Source: Octopus sinensis (Eukaryota). From it: a stretch of 64,000 nt of DNA. The stretch lies in contig NC_043014.1 of assembly GCF_006345805.1 (NCBI RefSeq), positions 1,054,001 through 1,118,000 of the forward strand, given 5' to 3'. Positions 33,068-45,500 of this stretch are shown piece by piece (position 1 is the first letter of the stretch; each line of letters opens with the position of its first letter). A program made the position numbers and the translations under genes. The notes below the pieces were generated by a model. It was not told the DNA's origin, made no database searches, and was given only the letters and a program-made list of their open reading frames with translations.

Positions 33068-33659
33068 CTGTCAATGGATTTGTAAAATCACTATACCTAC
33101 CCCCATACTATTTTCATCTCCACCCCAATTACCGTGACCACCTCTCACCCGACCATTCTCTCTATTTCCTTCCAGTGTGTGTCTCTAGGAATCATTGGAT
33201 ACCATGTGGCCACATTCAATGACTGCATCAATGCTGCCTCAGAACTGAAACAGGTAACCAACTCTCTCTCTTTCTTGCTCTCTCTCTCTTACTCTTTCAA
33301 TCTCTCTCTCTCTCCTTCAATCTCTCTCTCTCTCTCTCTCATATAAATTCCCTTCCAGACCCTCATTTAAACATTTTAACTTTCAAATATTGATTAATAA
33401 TTTAATTTAAGGCAAGTTTGCTCTGCGTGTATTGTATGCATATTCATAGTGTATGTGTCTGTGTGTGTGTTTATATGCATATGATATGGCAGGTGTGTTG
33501 TCAGTGGGAGCACTAGGTCAGACAGGATGTGCCGGGTATCCGTCTATAGTCTTGATACTCTGAGTATTATTTAAATGAAATAATATTTCTCTTTTTCAGC
33601 AACTGAAAGAAGCCAGAAAAGACCTGGAGAAAAGAGGATTCAAGTTTGAACTGCAGTGA
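24842..33659 (+). CDS. DPM3: Dolichol-phosphate mannosyltransferase subunit 3, 96 aa, 5 coding exons
   Basis: Exons 24842-24844 (ATG), 28522-28641, 30823-30852, 33176-33253 and 33600-33659 give MANKASEWFFVIGVIMSLWSAFLFDHDNVIFSKQVRNVALMMPLYLIISFACVSLGIIGYHVATFNDCINAASELKQQLKEARKDLEKRGFKFELQ*. Two hydrophobic helices are followed by the DPM3 signature GYxVATFxDCxxAAxELxxQxxEARxDLxxRG. All four introns are GT-AG and phase 0. Confidence 0.93.
26131..26260 (+). mobile_element. 3' fragment of CR1 family B, inserted in a SINE
   Basis: Reverse complement of about 50025-50125 followed by (ATT)n. Confidence 0.92.
28522..28641 (+). CDS. DPM3: DPM3 exon 2 (ANKASEW...VALM)
   Basis: tttcag| and |gtaaat. 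Confidence 0.9.
28880..29288 (-). mobile_element. Second, shorter copy of CR1 family A
   Basis: Similar to 23377-23770 with the same tail; YEERLKTLDLYSLEKR. Confidence 0.92.
29772..30165 (+). mobile_element. Full-length OK-like SINE (tRNA head, internal TA/TG microsatellite)
   Basis: Family also at about 400-570, 11925-12270, 21620-21955(-), 25810-26130(-), 28750-28875, 35000-35360, 57350-57735(-), 58580-58950, 59015-59420 and 60845-61240. Confidence 0.88.
30823..30852 (+). CDS. DPM3: DPM3 30-nt microexon (MPLYLIISFA)
   Basis: ttacag| and |gtaagt; corresponds to human LPAYLLVSAG. Confidence 0.9.
30918..32205 (+). mobile_element. pogo/Tigger-like non-autonomous DNA transposon
   Basis: Imperfect TIRs of about 27 bp (CATCGTAAAAACCCATGTAATTT / AAATTACATGGGTTTTATGGTG); decayed HTH-like frame LKLVIT at about 31560. 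Confidence 0.7.
32880..33035 (+). mobile_element. Penelope-like terminal repeat fragment (family P2); partial second copy at about 49620-49715
   Basis: Shared segment tttgtttgtttgta..ccacctgccttcgtcttttgtttatt..cgtaaacct; contains the hammerhead-like fold. Confidence 0.55.
32900..32937 (+). ncRNA. Minimal type I hammerhead-ribozyme-like motif (degenerate), family P2
   Basis: Stem I TCTTT/AAAGA; core CTGTCGA+A; stem II GAGC-GTAG-GCTT; GAAA; palindromic ACGT stem III; GUA site. Confidence 0.6.
33176..33253 (+). CDS. DPM3: DPM3 exon 4 (CVSLGIIGYHVATFNDCINAASELKQ)
   Basis: ttccag| and |gtaacc. Confidence 0.95.
33600..33659 (+). CDS. DPM3: DPM3 terminal exon (QLKEARKDLEKRGFKFELQ*)
   Basis: tttcag| acceptor, TGA at 33657-33659. 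Confidence 0.93.
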   Translation, partial: QLKEARKDLEKRGFKFELQ

Positions 33660-34019
33660 AGCCGGAGGGTGATGGGTCTCTCCTCTCTTGTCCTGCACTT
33701 CACCTTTCACCCCTGGACACCTTAGACATGTCCAACCAAACTCCATGTCCATCTGGCCAGAGCAATGACCTTGTTGATCCTTTCCTAAGCCATCCGACGG
33801 TCGTCTCTTACAAATGAAGAAGTTTCCTACAACTTTCTGATGGGGGATGGCCACCACCTCCACCAAAACCACAGAAAGAAGTACAGTTTTTGTTGTCTTT
33901 TTTTGTTCGTTTTTCATTTATTTTTCTTTAAAAATGTCAAAATTATTTTCATTCTTTTGGAAAAGTCCTTTGGGTGGTGGGTAGTGTAGTAAAGGGGGTG
34001 GAAACACATAAAAGAATAT

Positions 34020-34686
34020 ACACATGTGTGTGTGTATACATGTGTATATATTTATGTATATGATGTATACACATGTATAATGTATACATGTGTGTATATA
34101 TATATAATGTATACATGTGTGTATATATATATAATGTATACATGTGTGTATATATATATAATGTATACATGTGTGTATATATATATAATGTATATACGTA
34201 TATATATATATATGTATATTGTATACACATGTATATATATATTGTATACACATGTATATATATATTGTATACACATGTATATATATATTGTATACACATG
34301 TATATATATATTGTATACACATATATATATATATATTGTGTACACATGTATATATATATTGTATACACATGTATATATATATATTGTATACACATGTATA
34401 TATATATTGTATACACGTGTGTATATATATATTGTATACACATGTATATATATATTGTATACACATGTATATATATATATTGTATACACATGTATATATA
34501 TAATGTATACACGTGTGTATATATATAATGTGTGTGTGTGTGTATATCTGTATATAATGTGTGTGTGTATATGAGTGTGTGTATATATATATATAGTGTA
34601 TGTGTGTGTATATATGTGTATATATATATATATATAGTATAACATAAATGTATATGTATATACATACACATGTGACTGTGTGTGTG

Positions 34687-34736
<50 letters not shown>

Positions 34737-34800
34737 GTATGTATATGTATATATGTGTGTGTATGTATTTATATATACACACACACATGTATACGCTCGT
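34020..34800. repeat. Compound TA/TG microsatellite with 20-25-bp higher-order units
   Basis: TATATATAATGTATACATGTGTG units followed by TATATATATTGTATACACATG units. Confidence 0.95.
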
Positions 34801-37800
34801 GTGTGCTTGTATCCTTTTTGCATTCCCTTATTTTTTGTGATGGTTTCAATTTGCCTCTTTAACCTCATTCGCTCTCCCTCTCCACTCATGGCTGTCCATC
34901 CTCATCTTTGTCTGGCTCCAACCTTCTGAGATCTTTTTTCGTCTCTCCCCAACCACCCCCAACCTATGCACTGTCCACATTTCCTCAGCTGAGACACATA
35001 GATGTGTGGTTAAGAAGCTTACTTCATGCCTTTATGGTTTCAGGTTCAATCCCATTGCACGGTCCCTCGACCAAAATGTCTTTTACTATAAGTTCAAGCT
35101 GGCCAAAGCCTTGCAAGTGAAATTGGTAAATAGTAATTCTGTGGAAAGCCATTGGGTCCCTGTCTATACAATACGTGTGTATATATAATACATAATGTAT
35201 GTTTATGTCTGTTTTAGGTTACCATTGCTTTAAAAATGATGTTGGTTTGTTTATGTCCCTTAAGTTGTTTGACCAACTGCAATCAACATCAGACTTATAA
35301 ATAAGAACAGGGTTTGTTCATGTAAGTGCCCCAGCATGACCACACTCAGATGATTGAGACAAGTCAGAGAATAAATATATATATATATGCACACACACAC
35401 ATGTATCTACGTGGTGCTCACTCTTTTAGTGGGTTGTTATTGGATCACGGCCATGCTACAGCATCAGCTTGTCAGGCTTACACTCAATCATTTCAGACCA
35501 TTTCATTACTTTGAATCTTTATCAGTTTTTATTTGCCCCACTGCTAAGTCATCAGACACAAAAGCCATTTCTTTTCTATAGACTGTCAACATTAATTCAA
35601 GACAAGAACGGGTGTGTACACACACACACACATACTCGCATGCACATATAAAAGGGTTTCGTACAATTTCCTTTTTACCAAATTCCATTCACAAGACTAG
35701 AAGTTGTAGTAGAAGACATTGGTCGAAGTGCTGTACCCTGGGATTGAACCCATAACCACATAATTGTGAATTGAGCTTCTTAACCACACATTCTTTCCTA
35801 CTCTTCCATAGATGATGAAGAAGCAATTACACTCTATAGTTTGTTTTTTTTGAGAAGAGGGCGTTTGGATTGTCTCCCTTCCCTTGTTGCTGTCATTGTC
35901 GTCAAATGAAACATTTCTCATCTTTTTTATTTGATATGTGAGGCTCAGTTTTCCTAAAAAGAGATTTATTTCCTCATTGTTGTTGCCCTAACATTGGCAT
36001 CTTTTGGGGCTTTGGTTTACAACGAAACATCATTCAACAGATACACATTGAGGACACACAACATTACTTCATTGGGCAATTGTTTACACTCTGTGTGTGT
36101 GTGTGTGTGTGGAAGAAACTTCTCTCATAGATGTTTTTTTTTAATCCTTTTTTTTTAGATTTAATGGTTTTCCAAATCCAGTTATTTTCAAAAACTTTTA
36201 AAAGCCAAACAACTTAGTGTAGATTGTCTAAGTCCATCTAGTTTAATTAAAGAGGGCATGTGTATATTTATTAGTAGTTTAACTCTGTTAAGACTCTTAG
36301 ACAAGTGCTAGCATCTAGTCTTGAACTCGTAATCTTTGGGTCTGTAGTTCAGCACATATTTTTCATTGGAGTTTGTTGTTTTCAACTTCTCAATGTTTTG
36401 TTTTTTAGTCTTTAGTCGTAAATATACCCAGACACCCCCCTCCTCTTCCTGTTTCTGTTTTGATAAGTTTAAGTCTACAAAACAATTTTAAGATATCAAA
36501 ACTTTTTTAAATATTCAGTTTCAAGGTAGAAAAAGCCACAAGTTTTAAGATTTTGGTACTTTTAGCTGATGGAATATTCAATCTGTCTCGTTTGTTGTTT
36601 CTGCAAGACACAGAAAAATCTTGTGTTTGTGATTGCTTTTTTTTTTGTTCACCTCCTCTTCTATCACATCCGATGGACTTTTACAACTGGAAAATGTTGT
36701 CACAAGTACATTTGTATGTTTTTATTTTTTCCTTTTTAATGAAATTTTGTTGGTTAGTTAACTTGCTTAAGGTAGAACTCCTAAGACTGTGTTCTAGCTT
36801 CAGTGAGTTCTAACTTTGACTCATGCACCTCCTTACCCAAATCTCTTCCATTTTGAGTGAGACCGTAGGGTTGACAGACTGACTGACATTGTCACCAGAC
36901 CGAGGCCAAAATGACTGACCCCCGAGAGTTTTGGCCTGTAATGGTGGTGTCCACTTTGTCAACTTTACTGAAGGAATCTGGTGCATGAGACACGATAAAG
37001 AGGTTGAATGTTGTTGAGAAGTTCTTGTAAGGAGGAAGGAAACTGAAATAAAATTTCCTGGATTAGCTTTGAAGTACCAACTGTCCTGCCAGGTCGGAGA
37101 TTTTAAACTTTGGTGAAACAAACTCATTTTTAAAGTCCAACGAAATATTTAGTGCTTAGTCACAGTTTAACTTATTGCTAGAGATATTTTTGGTCTTTTA
37201 GTGTCACCTTTGTTATTATCAGGTGTCATTCTTAACACCTGTTCAGGGTATTAGCCAGCATCATCATACACCTGTGTTCATGATGTTTCATCACTCATTA
37301 ACCTTAAATTTCTTATGGTTTCAAATGTATTGATTTACTAAAATATGACCCAACAGATTGGGTTAACATCATGAAGAATTTCTTCATCGATATTCTTATG
37401 TCCCTTAAAGATTGAAGTTCAGTCATTTTTATCACTGGATCCCTGAACCAGATCAACTCTGTCTCTCTCTAGGGTCTTTTGCTACTAATAAACATATCTC
37501 CCTGCTACCCAACATGTGTATTGAGTTCTCCTTTGAACTGTTGTCCCAACTCCTTACTGGGTATATTCCTTACATATTATATAAAATAGTTAACCATTTT
37601 CCCCATCACTTCAATATGGCTCTATATTGTTTGACTTAATTTAGGAAAACTGTCTTGAAATCTGACAAAGAAATCATCCTCATCGTTGTTGATTAATGTC
37701 CGCTTTCCAAAATCTAATTTGCTTAATTGTGTTTGTAATTTTGAGTGCAAAAGGTTGCTTTCTCTTTTGTGAATAATTAGGAAAAGAAGTTTTTTTTCTT

Positions 37801-39159
37801 TGTTTGTTTTGTAGATTTTTTTTTGTGTAGTTTTTCTAAAACTGAACAGTTTTTTTGGTGGTTGTGGTCTCTAATTAATCTAAAGTCTGTCCCATGTCTC
37901 CAATGTCGTGGAGGTCAGAGCTTATCTGGATCTTCAAGGTGCTTAGGTGTTGACAGTACAAGATCACTGAATAGACCCTGGTCCATTGCAGATTTAACCC
38001 ACAGCAATCGCTGGTACTTGTTTTTTGGTTGTATAGACTGAAGCATTGTGAAAAGAAACACTTTGCTCTAAGACACACCCTGCTGCCCGGTTCAAGAATT
38101 GAACCCATGTCCTAATGATTGTGACCTGAACACCATAATCACTAAACTGTGCATTTGTGTTAGTAAAAAATATAAGGAATAAAGAATTTCTCAGTATTAT
38201 AATGGTAAAACTAGAATCTTAGATATTTTCAATAAGAATTCATTTCCACAAAACTAAGAGCAGAGGGGGAGTTTCATTTCCATATTTTAATTTATCTAAT
38301 TGTGATTAATTCCACAGCAAAGGTTAATAGGTTTAGATTTAATTCAGTTTGTCTGATACTTACTGTGTTGTGTGTAATTAAAGCCTGGTGTTTAATTAAG
38401 CTGTCTGGTGTAATGACAAGCCATTAAGTGCTTGACAGTTGGGTAGGAAAGGCAAAAGAAGTATGTTGTCTCTGATGAGCAATCCACCAATTGTAAAACA
38501 GTCTGTCAGGAGACATCCCTTTGATTGGGGGGGGGGGTCCACAAGTAGCAGAGAAGAATTGTGTTTATTTCCTTACACTTATATAATTGTAATTAATCTA
38601 ACAGCAAAGGCTTTCTCAGAGGTCACGATTTAATTTTTGTCTCTGATCTCAGACAGTTCTGGTTTTGAATTCTTTAGAAGTTTCCTGTCATAGAACAGTC
38701 CTCCACTTTTCTGTTGTTTCTCTTTTATTGATTCCTGTTGGTTGTGGCCATGCTGGGATACTACCATATTTATTTATTTATTTATTAAAAGAACCCTTTC
38801 CCCCCCCTTAATATTTACTTCAAAGACCCTCCCTCCACTTCTGCATTCCAAACGTTCCATTCTGGAACACATTGGTTTCTAAACCAAACCATTGTTGGTT
38901 CAATCCATGGTTGTTTGTTTAGGCACTGGTGACTGCCGTTATTTGATCCCCTAGTGGTGTCTTAGAGAAACTATAGAATATAGTTAGTCTTGAAATCTTT
39001 CTCTCCTTCTTCATGTATGACAAACCCTTTTATTGTACCTTTTTTGTAAGTGCCTTAATTACATTTCCATCTCAACTTTGAAAATAAAGATGTTAATTTT
39101 ATACCTCGTTTCATTCATTAAAATATTGCTGCTTAATTCTTTCTCTATGTCTACAGAAG

Positions 39160-39500
39160 TTGTGCAGATCTTTTAAACAACCCCTCCTCAATGGCCCTTC
39201 GCTTTTCGTCTGCCACACATTCCATCCTCAGATTTCATCTCACTTCTCCTCCAGTTGGGTCTGTAACTCAATTCAAACTCCTGCTGCTTCCATCCAGAGC
39301 GGTCACTATGTCCTCACATTATGCTGGACAATAGGTGTTGTGTCTTCAGAGGATGGCAATGGTGGCCGACAAATGGGACAGAAACATTTGGCCAATGGTG
39401 TTGATGACAAATGGGACAGAAACATTTGGCCAATGGTGTTGATGGAAGAATACTCAAAGACATTTGCCAAGACGGAATTACAAAGAAATCCTTCTGCAAG
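39160..39500 (+). mobile_element. Decayed RTE-like LINE fragment
   Basis: DGRILKDI resembles the RTE C-terminal DGRIPKDILYG. Confidence 0.4.
39368..39443. repeat. Perfect 38-bp tandem duplication
   Basis: GACAAATGGGACAGAAACATTTGGCCAATGGTGTTGAT x2. Confidence 0.97.
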
Positions 39501-42291
39501 GCTGTGATGCTCCAGCTGGTACACATCATTATAACACTGGGTCAGTTCCGTGTGGCAGCCACTGGACGTGCAAAGATAGCAATGATGTGGAGATCAGAAG
39601 AAGGAAAATGAGAAAAGGGACAAACCCAAGAACACCTGAAATATGAGAATCTATTGGACAGAAGTGAAGAGAACTGTGGCAGATGCTTGACCCCTGCTGG
39701 AGGAAGCTGGCTGTTCTAGGATCCACTTCGGTGGCGGCCAATACGATGCCAGCAAATTACGTTTGAATTCTCCCAACAAAAAGAATCTTGTGAAGAATCT
39801 GAATCCCTGCTTCTTTTACCTTTATCTACTGTCTGGGATTTTCACAAGCGTTGGGATTCTTTGTTCTGCTGAAGAAGCAACAACTTGGACCAATCTGGCA
39901 GTTTCTATGTGCTAAACTTGATCTGCTAAAAACAACAGCAACCTCACCATTTTAAAAACACAATAGTTATGGAGACATTAAACTGGAATGGTCATGGCTG
40001 GATCAGCACTGATAAGGAACTAAATTTCTAGGGGTTATTTGATGCCACTGACCCGTGTGTGTGACTGGTGTTTTATCCCTGAAAGGACGCCAATGTTGGT
40101 CTTGGCATGATTTGAACCCTGGGACAAATACTGCAAGGCTTTTTGTTTTCTTTGTTTGTTTGACCAATCCTTCCAGCTTTTCTCTAGAGTTTAATGTCGT
40201 AAATATGATAGAGCTACGTCCTAGTTATAATTAGGACACCTTGTGAGATGTGAGCAGTCTAATGATATAACATGAATAATTAAAAGGTGTCCAATTAGCT
40301 AATTACAATATTGATTGGTTTGTAGAAATAGTTTGACAGTGGAATAAATTGGGTTTCTTTGAGGAAGAAGTTTGAATTTAATCAAAAACCAACAAAATGT
40401 GTTCATGAGAGAAATATGTTAGAAATCCTGTCGTCGATAGATTTTGGAGGAATTCTTTGTATGGAGAGAAATTAATTTACATTTAATCTTGTCTCTAATT
40501 AATCCTGATGCAGGTACCTTGATGTTAATTATTTCCGTAAATTTAATACATAAGTCCAGGATCTAGCAGCCCATGACAGATGCATAATCAGGACACGTTT
40601 GAGTGATGGTGACTGACTCATTTGGAACCTGTACTGCTGTCAGAGAGTAAGTGTTGTACCATCAGGATTGCTAATTAAGCTAATGGTTTTTTTTCTTGAT
40701 CTGAATACCTCACTAACTTAATTACACCTGTTATGTGAGGGTGGGTCCGTCCTTGTGCTTAGGTCCACAGCTCACAATCATAATGTTCCAAGTTCAATTC
40801 TGTGACTGGGTGATGCAATGTACTTCATTTCACATTGCTCCAGTCCATGTAGCTGTAAAGGTGTACCACCCAACTGCCATTGAGTCAAGGGTGAGAGAGT
40901 TGAGGTGTCTGTGCCTGCTCACAACTACAGAGACACCTGAAAACCAATTAGTGGAAAGCATGTCATACTCACCTGTAGTATATTATTTTTTCTTTTGTCC
41001 CAATTCCCTAAGGCTTCAATTGTTGGCCCCAGTGAAATGTCGTCCTTCCTTCCTTGCCACCCCTGAAGCTTCCTACTAAGAAACTGGAGCAAGCAGAGTT
41101 ATGTCCCTTGCTATACAAATTCAGTGACAGCAGAAAGGTTTGAACCTATGACATTCCAGTCTGTAGTCAAACCCCTTAACCTCATAACATTCCTCTGGCT
41201 AAAACCTTCCATTATGGTTTGAGGGGAATTATATTCCAATTAGTTGAGTAATTAAGAAAACGTTAATTATTTTACTAAATTTCTCCAAACTCTTGATTAT
41301 TTTTTTAAAAGAAATTTATAACATGAGAAATTAATCTCATTAGAAAATATTGTTAACGAAGCTGTTAAGATATATCTTTATAAGTGGCTGCTGTGATCCG
41401 TCTCAGGTTGATAATGGTGTTCAACCATTAACAATAATGGCAAAAGGCTCGACATTTTATTGCAAGGGGACAAGCCCCAGTGCACAACTGGTATTTGTTT
41501 TATTGACCCCCAAAACCGACCCCTGCAACATTGGACCATTTCGTCCAGCATTTCGTTCTGGGTTCAAATGCAAGCAAGGTCAGCTTTGCCTTTCTTCCTT
41601 TAATAAGTACCAGTTAAGTACTGGGGTCAATGTTATCAACTTAAAACCACACATCCGAAATTGCTGGCCTTGTGCCAGAATTTTGAAACCAAGGTCAATA
41701 CTTTCGAATCCAGCAATTTTAGAGGGGAGGGGGTCTGGGTTACACTGACACCCCCCTCCCTCCCTGGTTCTATGTTTATTGACCGCAAAAGACTAATAAT
41801 GAAGGCTTCCAATTTTGGCCCAAGGCCCCATGAGGATGAAAGTTAAAAGCCGACCTTGGTGGAATTTGAACTCAGAATGTAAAGAGCCGGAAGAAATGCT
41901 TGCTAAGCAGTTTGTCCAATCTGCTAACGATTCAGTCAGCTTAATTAAGCAAATAAATAACAGAACTACGACAAAAACAAACAATCTTTGTTAATCTGAA
42001 AAATCTGTGAGATATCTAAATAATGTATGTTAATTAGATGCATGTGCCTGTCCCTCGAACAGCATCCAGCCCAGGGTTAATTAAAATGACAAAGATTTGG
42101 CTAAAGTTTTAGCAATGAACAAAAGAAAGAAACCGGGGGGGGGGGGGGACAAAGTCAATGATTTTGTTTTGAGTGAAAATAAAAAGGACATTCCTGACAT
42201 AACCATTAAACCAAGTGGTGGTGGTCATGGTGTTGGGGGAGTGATGATGGTGGTGGTGGTGGTTGTTAAAGTGGTCAAGGGTCAGCGTCCA

Positions 42292-42527
42292 TCAGCTGAT
42301 CATTTGGGACACAAGTTCGTTAATGTGGAAACTACCCTCCAGGGTCAGTGAGAGGAAACGTTCGGCAGCTTTGGCGCTGAGGGTGCGAAGGGCTGGCAGC
42401 CGTAGCAGCATCTTGCCATAACGCTGGAGGTCACTGGAGTACTTCTTGGAGACATAGCGTCGCAACGTGTCGAGGATTCTCGTCTGCATGGCAGCAACCT
42501 TCTGTTTGTCTTGGACACCTGAGGCAT
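42292..42527 (-). CDS. Nuclear receptor terminal exon: helices 9-12
   Basis: tgcag| acceptor; [23 protein letters not shown]...ELVSQMIS*. Confidence 0.95.
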
Positions 42528-45500
42528 CTGCAACAGAGAGAAAAAAGATCAAGAGAAAAAGAAATAAGATTTGCTATGGGACAGGTGGGGGGTGAAATGA
42601 ATTCTTAGATTATAAACTAGGTCCAAGCGACCTTTGACAAGAAGCAGGCTGCATGAGACCTGGTTCATCCTCAGGTAAGCCATGCTGCTAAAAGACAAGA
42701 ATTCAAGGTCATTCTTCATTAGACATGGCATTCAGAAAGCCCCGTGGGCAGCAGTTTGCTCAGGACTGTTACAAACCCCTTGAGTTTAATTTGGCTGTTT
42801 TGGGTCAGAAGATTGCTTTCCCAATCATGTAAATTTCGCAAAACCAAACTGTTTGGCACCTTGGACAAGTGTCTTTGACTATAACCCTTTAGCTGATACA
42901 AGCCTAGGGAGAGAATTTGGTAGATGGAAACTGAAAGAAGCCCATCACATACACACACGTGTTTGGTCTTGTTTGTCAGAAACAGGTGAGGAATGGCAAC
43001 AAGAAAGTCTGCCTCACTGAATTCCATGGAACTCATGTGAGCATGGAAAAGGGGACATTAGACTACTGACCAGGAGGAGTGGCTGGTCAAAAGGATCTCA
43101 GTCCAGGTAAGTAATATGTAAGAGAAAGAAAAGGAAATTAAAAAAAAAAAAAATCAACATTTGGGTGTGACTACTCACCTGGATATGTTAAGACGAGAGC
43201 ATTGAGAATACAAAATTCTGAGTGGTCAAGGTGGATACTTTTGAGACAGAGGGAGAACTCGACAGAGGCATTGATGAGTTCGTTGCCCCAACCCATGTTG
43301 GTAGCATAGTTGATTGGAACGAGCAAACCTTCAGCAAACTTTATCACATTGTCCATTCCCATTGACCTGTGGCAATAAATAAAAGAGAAAGGAAATAATT
43401 AAATTGGAATATTACAAGAAAGGGGCCTGAGTGGAATTTTAAAGGGTCATTTTGTAGTTTGGTTAGGGCTTCTTTGTTACAATGAAAATATTGGCAGGTG
43501 AGGACTGTCTCCACCTGGATCCATTTTTATGTCTTGACCGGTCAGTCTCCAGGATGGCAGGTCCTTGCTAGGAGCGCCACCGGACAAATGGTAAACCATG
43601 ACAATTCCTATGTAACATAGCAGGGTAATAAACTGAAGACGACTGATCTTAGTGGTCATTAAGACTAGTCATAATATTTAGAATAAGGAAACAGAGACGG
43701 AGACTGGAGACTGGTTCCAGTCGATATAAAGACCTCGGTTGTACAGACTGGTCAGAAAGAATTATCCGTTAGAAACAATATAAACTGACAGTTTTTACCA
43801 GAAAACAGAACCAGTGGCCTACCTGTACGACAGACGAAGAACACTCAACTCCATGAACGAGGATTTCAACAGAGCTGTCTGGTCTGTGATACATAAATCT
43901 CGAAATCCTGGCAGGGAATAAAAGAACAAAGAATTAAGGTTGTTTTGAACTTTCACTACACAGTCATGGGGGGGGGGGTAAAGTACAAGACTTGTACCAT
44001 TTGGAAGGCACCAGTAATTAAAATAAGACACTAATTTAGTGGATTATTAACCGTTTTGACATTGGTTCCCCTGAGACTGCTCCAGCATCCACAATACAGA
44101 CTTCTTTATTGAAAACAAATTAAAAGCTTTCATCAGAATCTCTTTCATTTATGTTCCAGTTTAAAAGAATGAGGGGGATTTTACTGACTTCTTCAACTAT
44201 TTTCAAAATTAATAAAAACAAAAGACATATTTTAACAGAAACAAGTCAACAAACGGGTTAATAGTTAATCCGATGTATATATATATATATATTATGGAAT
44301 AGGGTCAGCCTTTTTGATGCAGACAGCAAAGTGGGGTTAATATAATACAGGGAGCAGTAACCCTTTGGACATCTGTCTCCCTGACACTGTCCCTGATTTT
44401 ATCATACAAACTTCCTGTTTTAAAAATGACCTAAATTAAAACCTTTTCCATCCAAATTCTGTGTCAGTTTATATTTAAAACACCAGTTTGATAAGGAGAA
44501 AGTCTTTTTACTAAATTCTTCATTATTTTAAGCAAAATGTATTTCAGTTGAAATATTGTCACAAAAAATTTAAGCAGAAAAGAAATGTCAGTATTTTATA
44601 TTTCCGAAAATGAGATTAGAAATGAAAAAAAATTGTAATCTTATTTTACCCCAGGATCGTCTCTTTTACTTAAAATGAACCTTAACTAAAACATCTGGAT
44701 TTTACAGGCTGACTCTAAAGTCTCAATACAAAGGCAGCAAAAATGCTTATTTTCAATAATTTTTCCAACTACAGAAGTGGTTCTCAACCATTTTTTGGCC
44801 CAGGGACCCTTTTCCTATTTTATTCTACTGGACCTCCATAGCCATTTGGTGTATAAAAAAAAAAACATCCAATTTTATTAATTAAATATTAGGAATTGTA
44901 ATTTTAAAAATTGTTAAAATATTTTGTTTTGTAGAAGTAGAAGTAATTTATTGCTGATGTCAATAACAAGATTTTATATGACCCCCCCCCCCGCCAAAGA
45001 TCATGTGAACCTCGGATGAGAAACCCTGACATGGTTTCCATCATCAGTGATGCAAAGTTGGATCCACTTTTGTAAGATTCATCCCAACCTGATGCACCAA
45101 CCCCAGGTTCCCATCAAGTTCGACCCCATTCATTAACAATGTGTTCCTTCGGATGATTTACATCCGTGGTTTCCATTGAGTAAAACTTCTCCTTTATCTG
45201 AGCCCAGTAAAAGAAGTGAAGGGGACAAACATCTGGTGATCGAGGGGCCCATTCCACAAGAATATTAGGGACATTTCCTAGGTATGCAGACTTCATGGTC
45301 ATCCTATATTTCAGAACTAGCAGTATCGCCCGGCGTTGCTCGGGTTTGTAAGGGAAATAACTATATAAGCATTTTTAGAGAGTTACTTCCCTTATATAGC
45401 CCGAGCAAAAATCATTAAAAATGCGGAAAAATGATGGTAAATTTTTTTTAAATCGTAGACTCATACTAATATCCAAGAGGGCTCGATATAAATGACGACT

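Noticed and set aside
33918-34889. ORFs up to 323 aa (YIYTCV repeats)
   Set aside because: Stop-free frames of the TA/TG compound repeat with no protein signal
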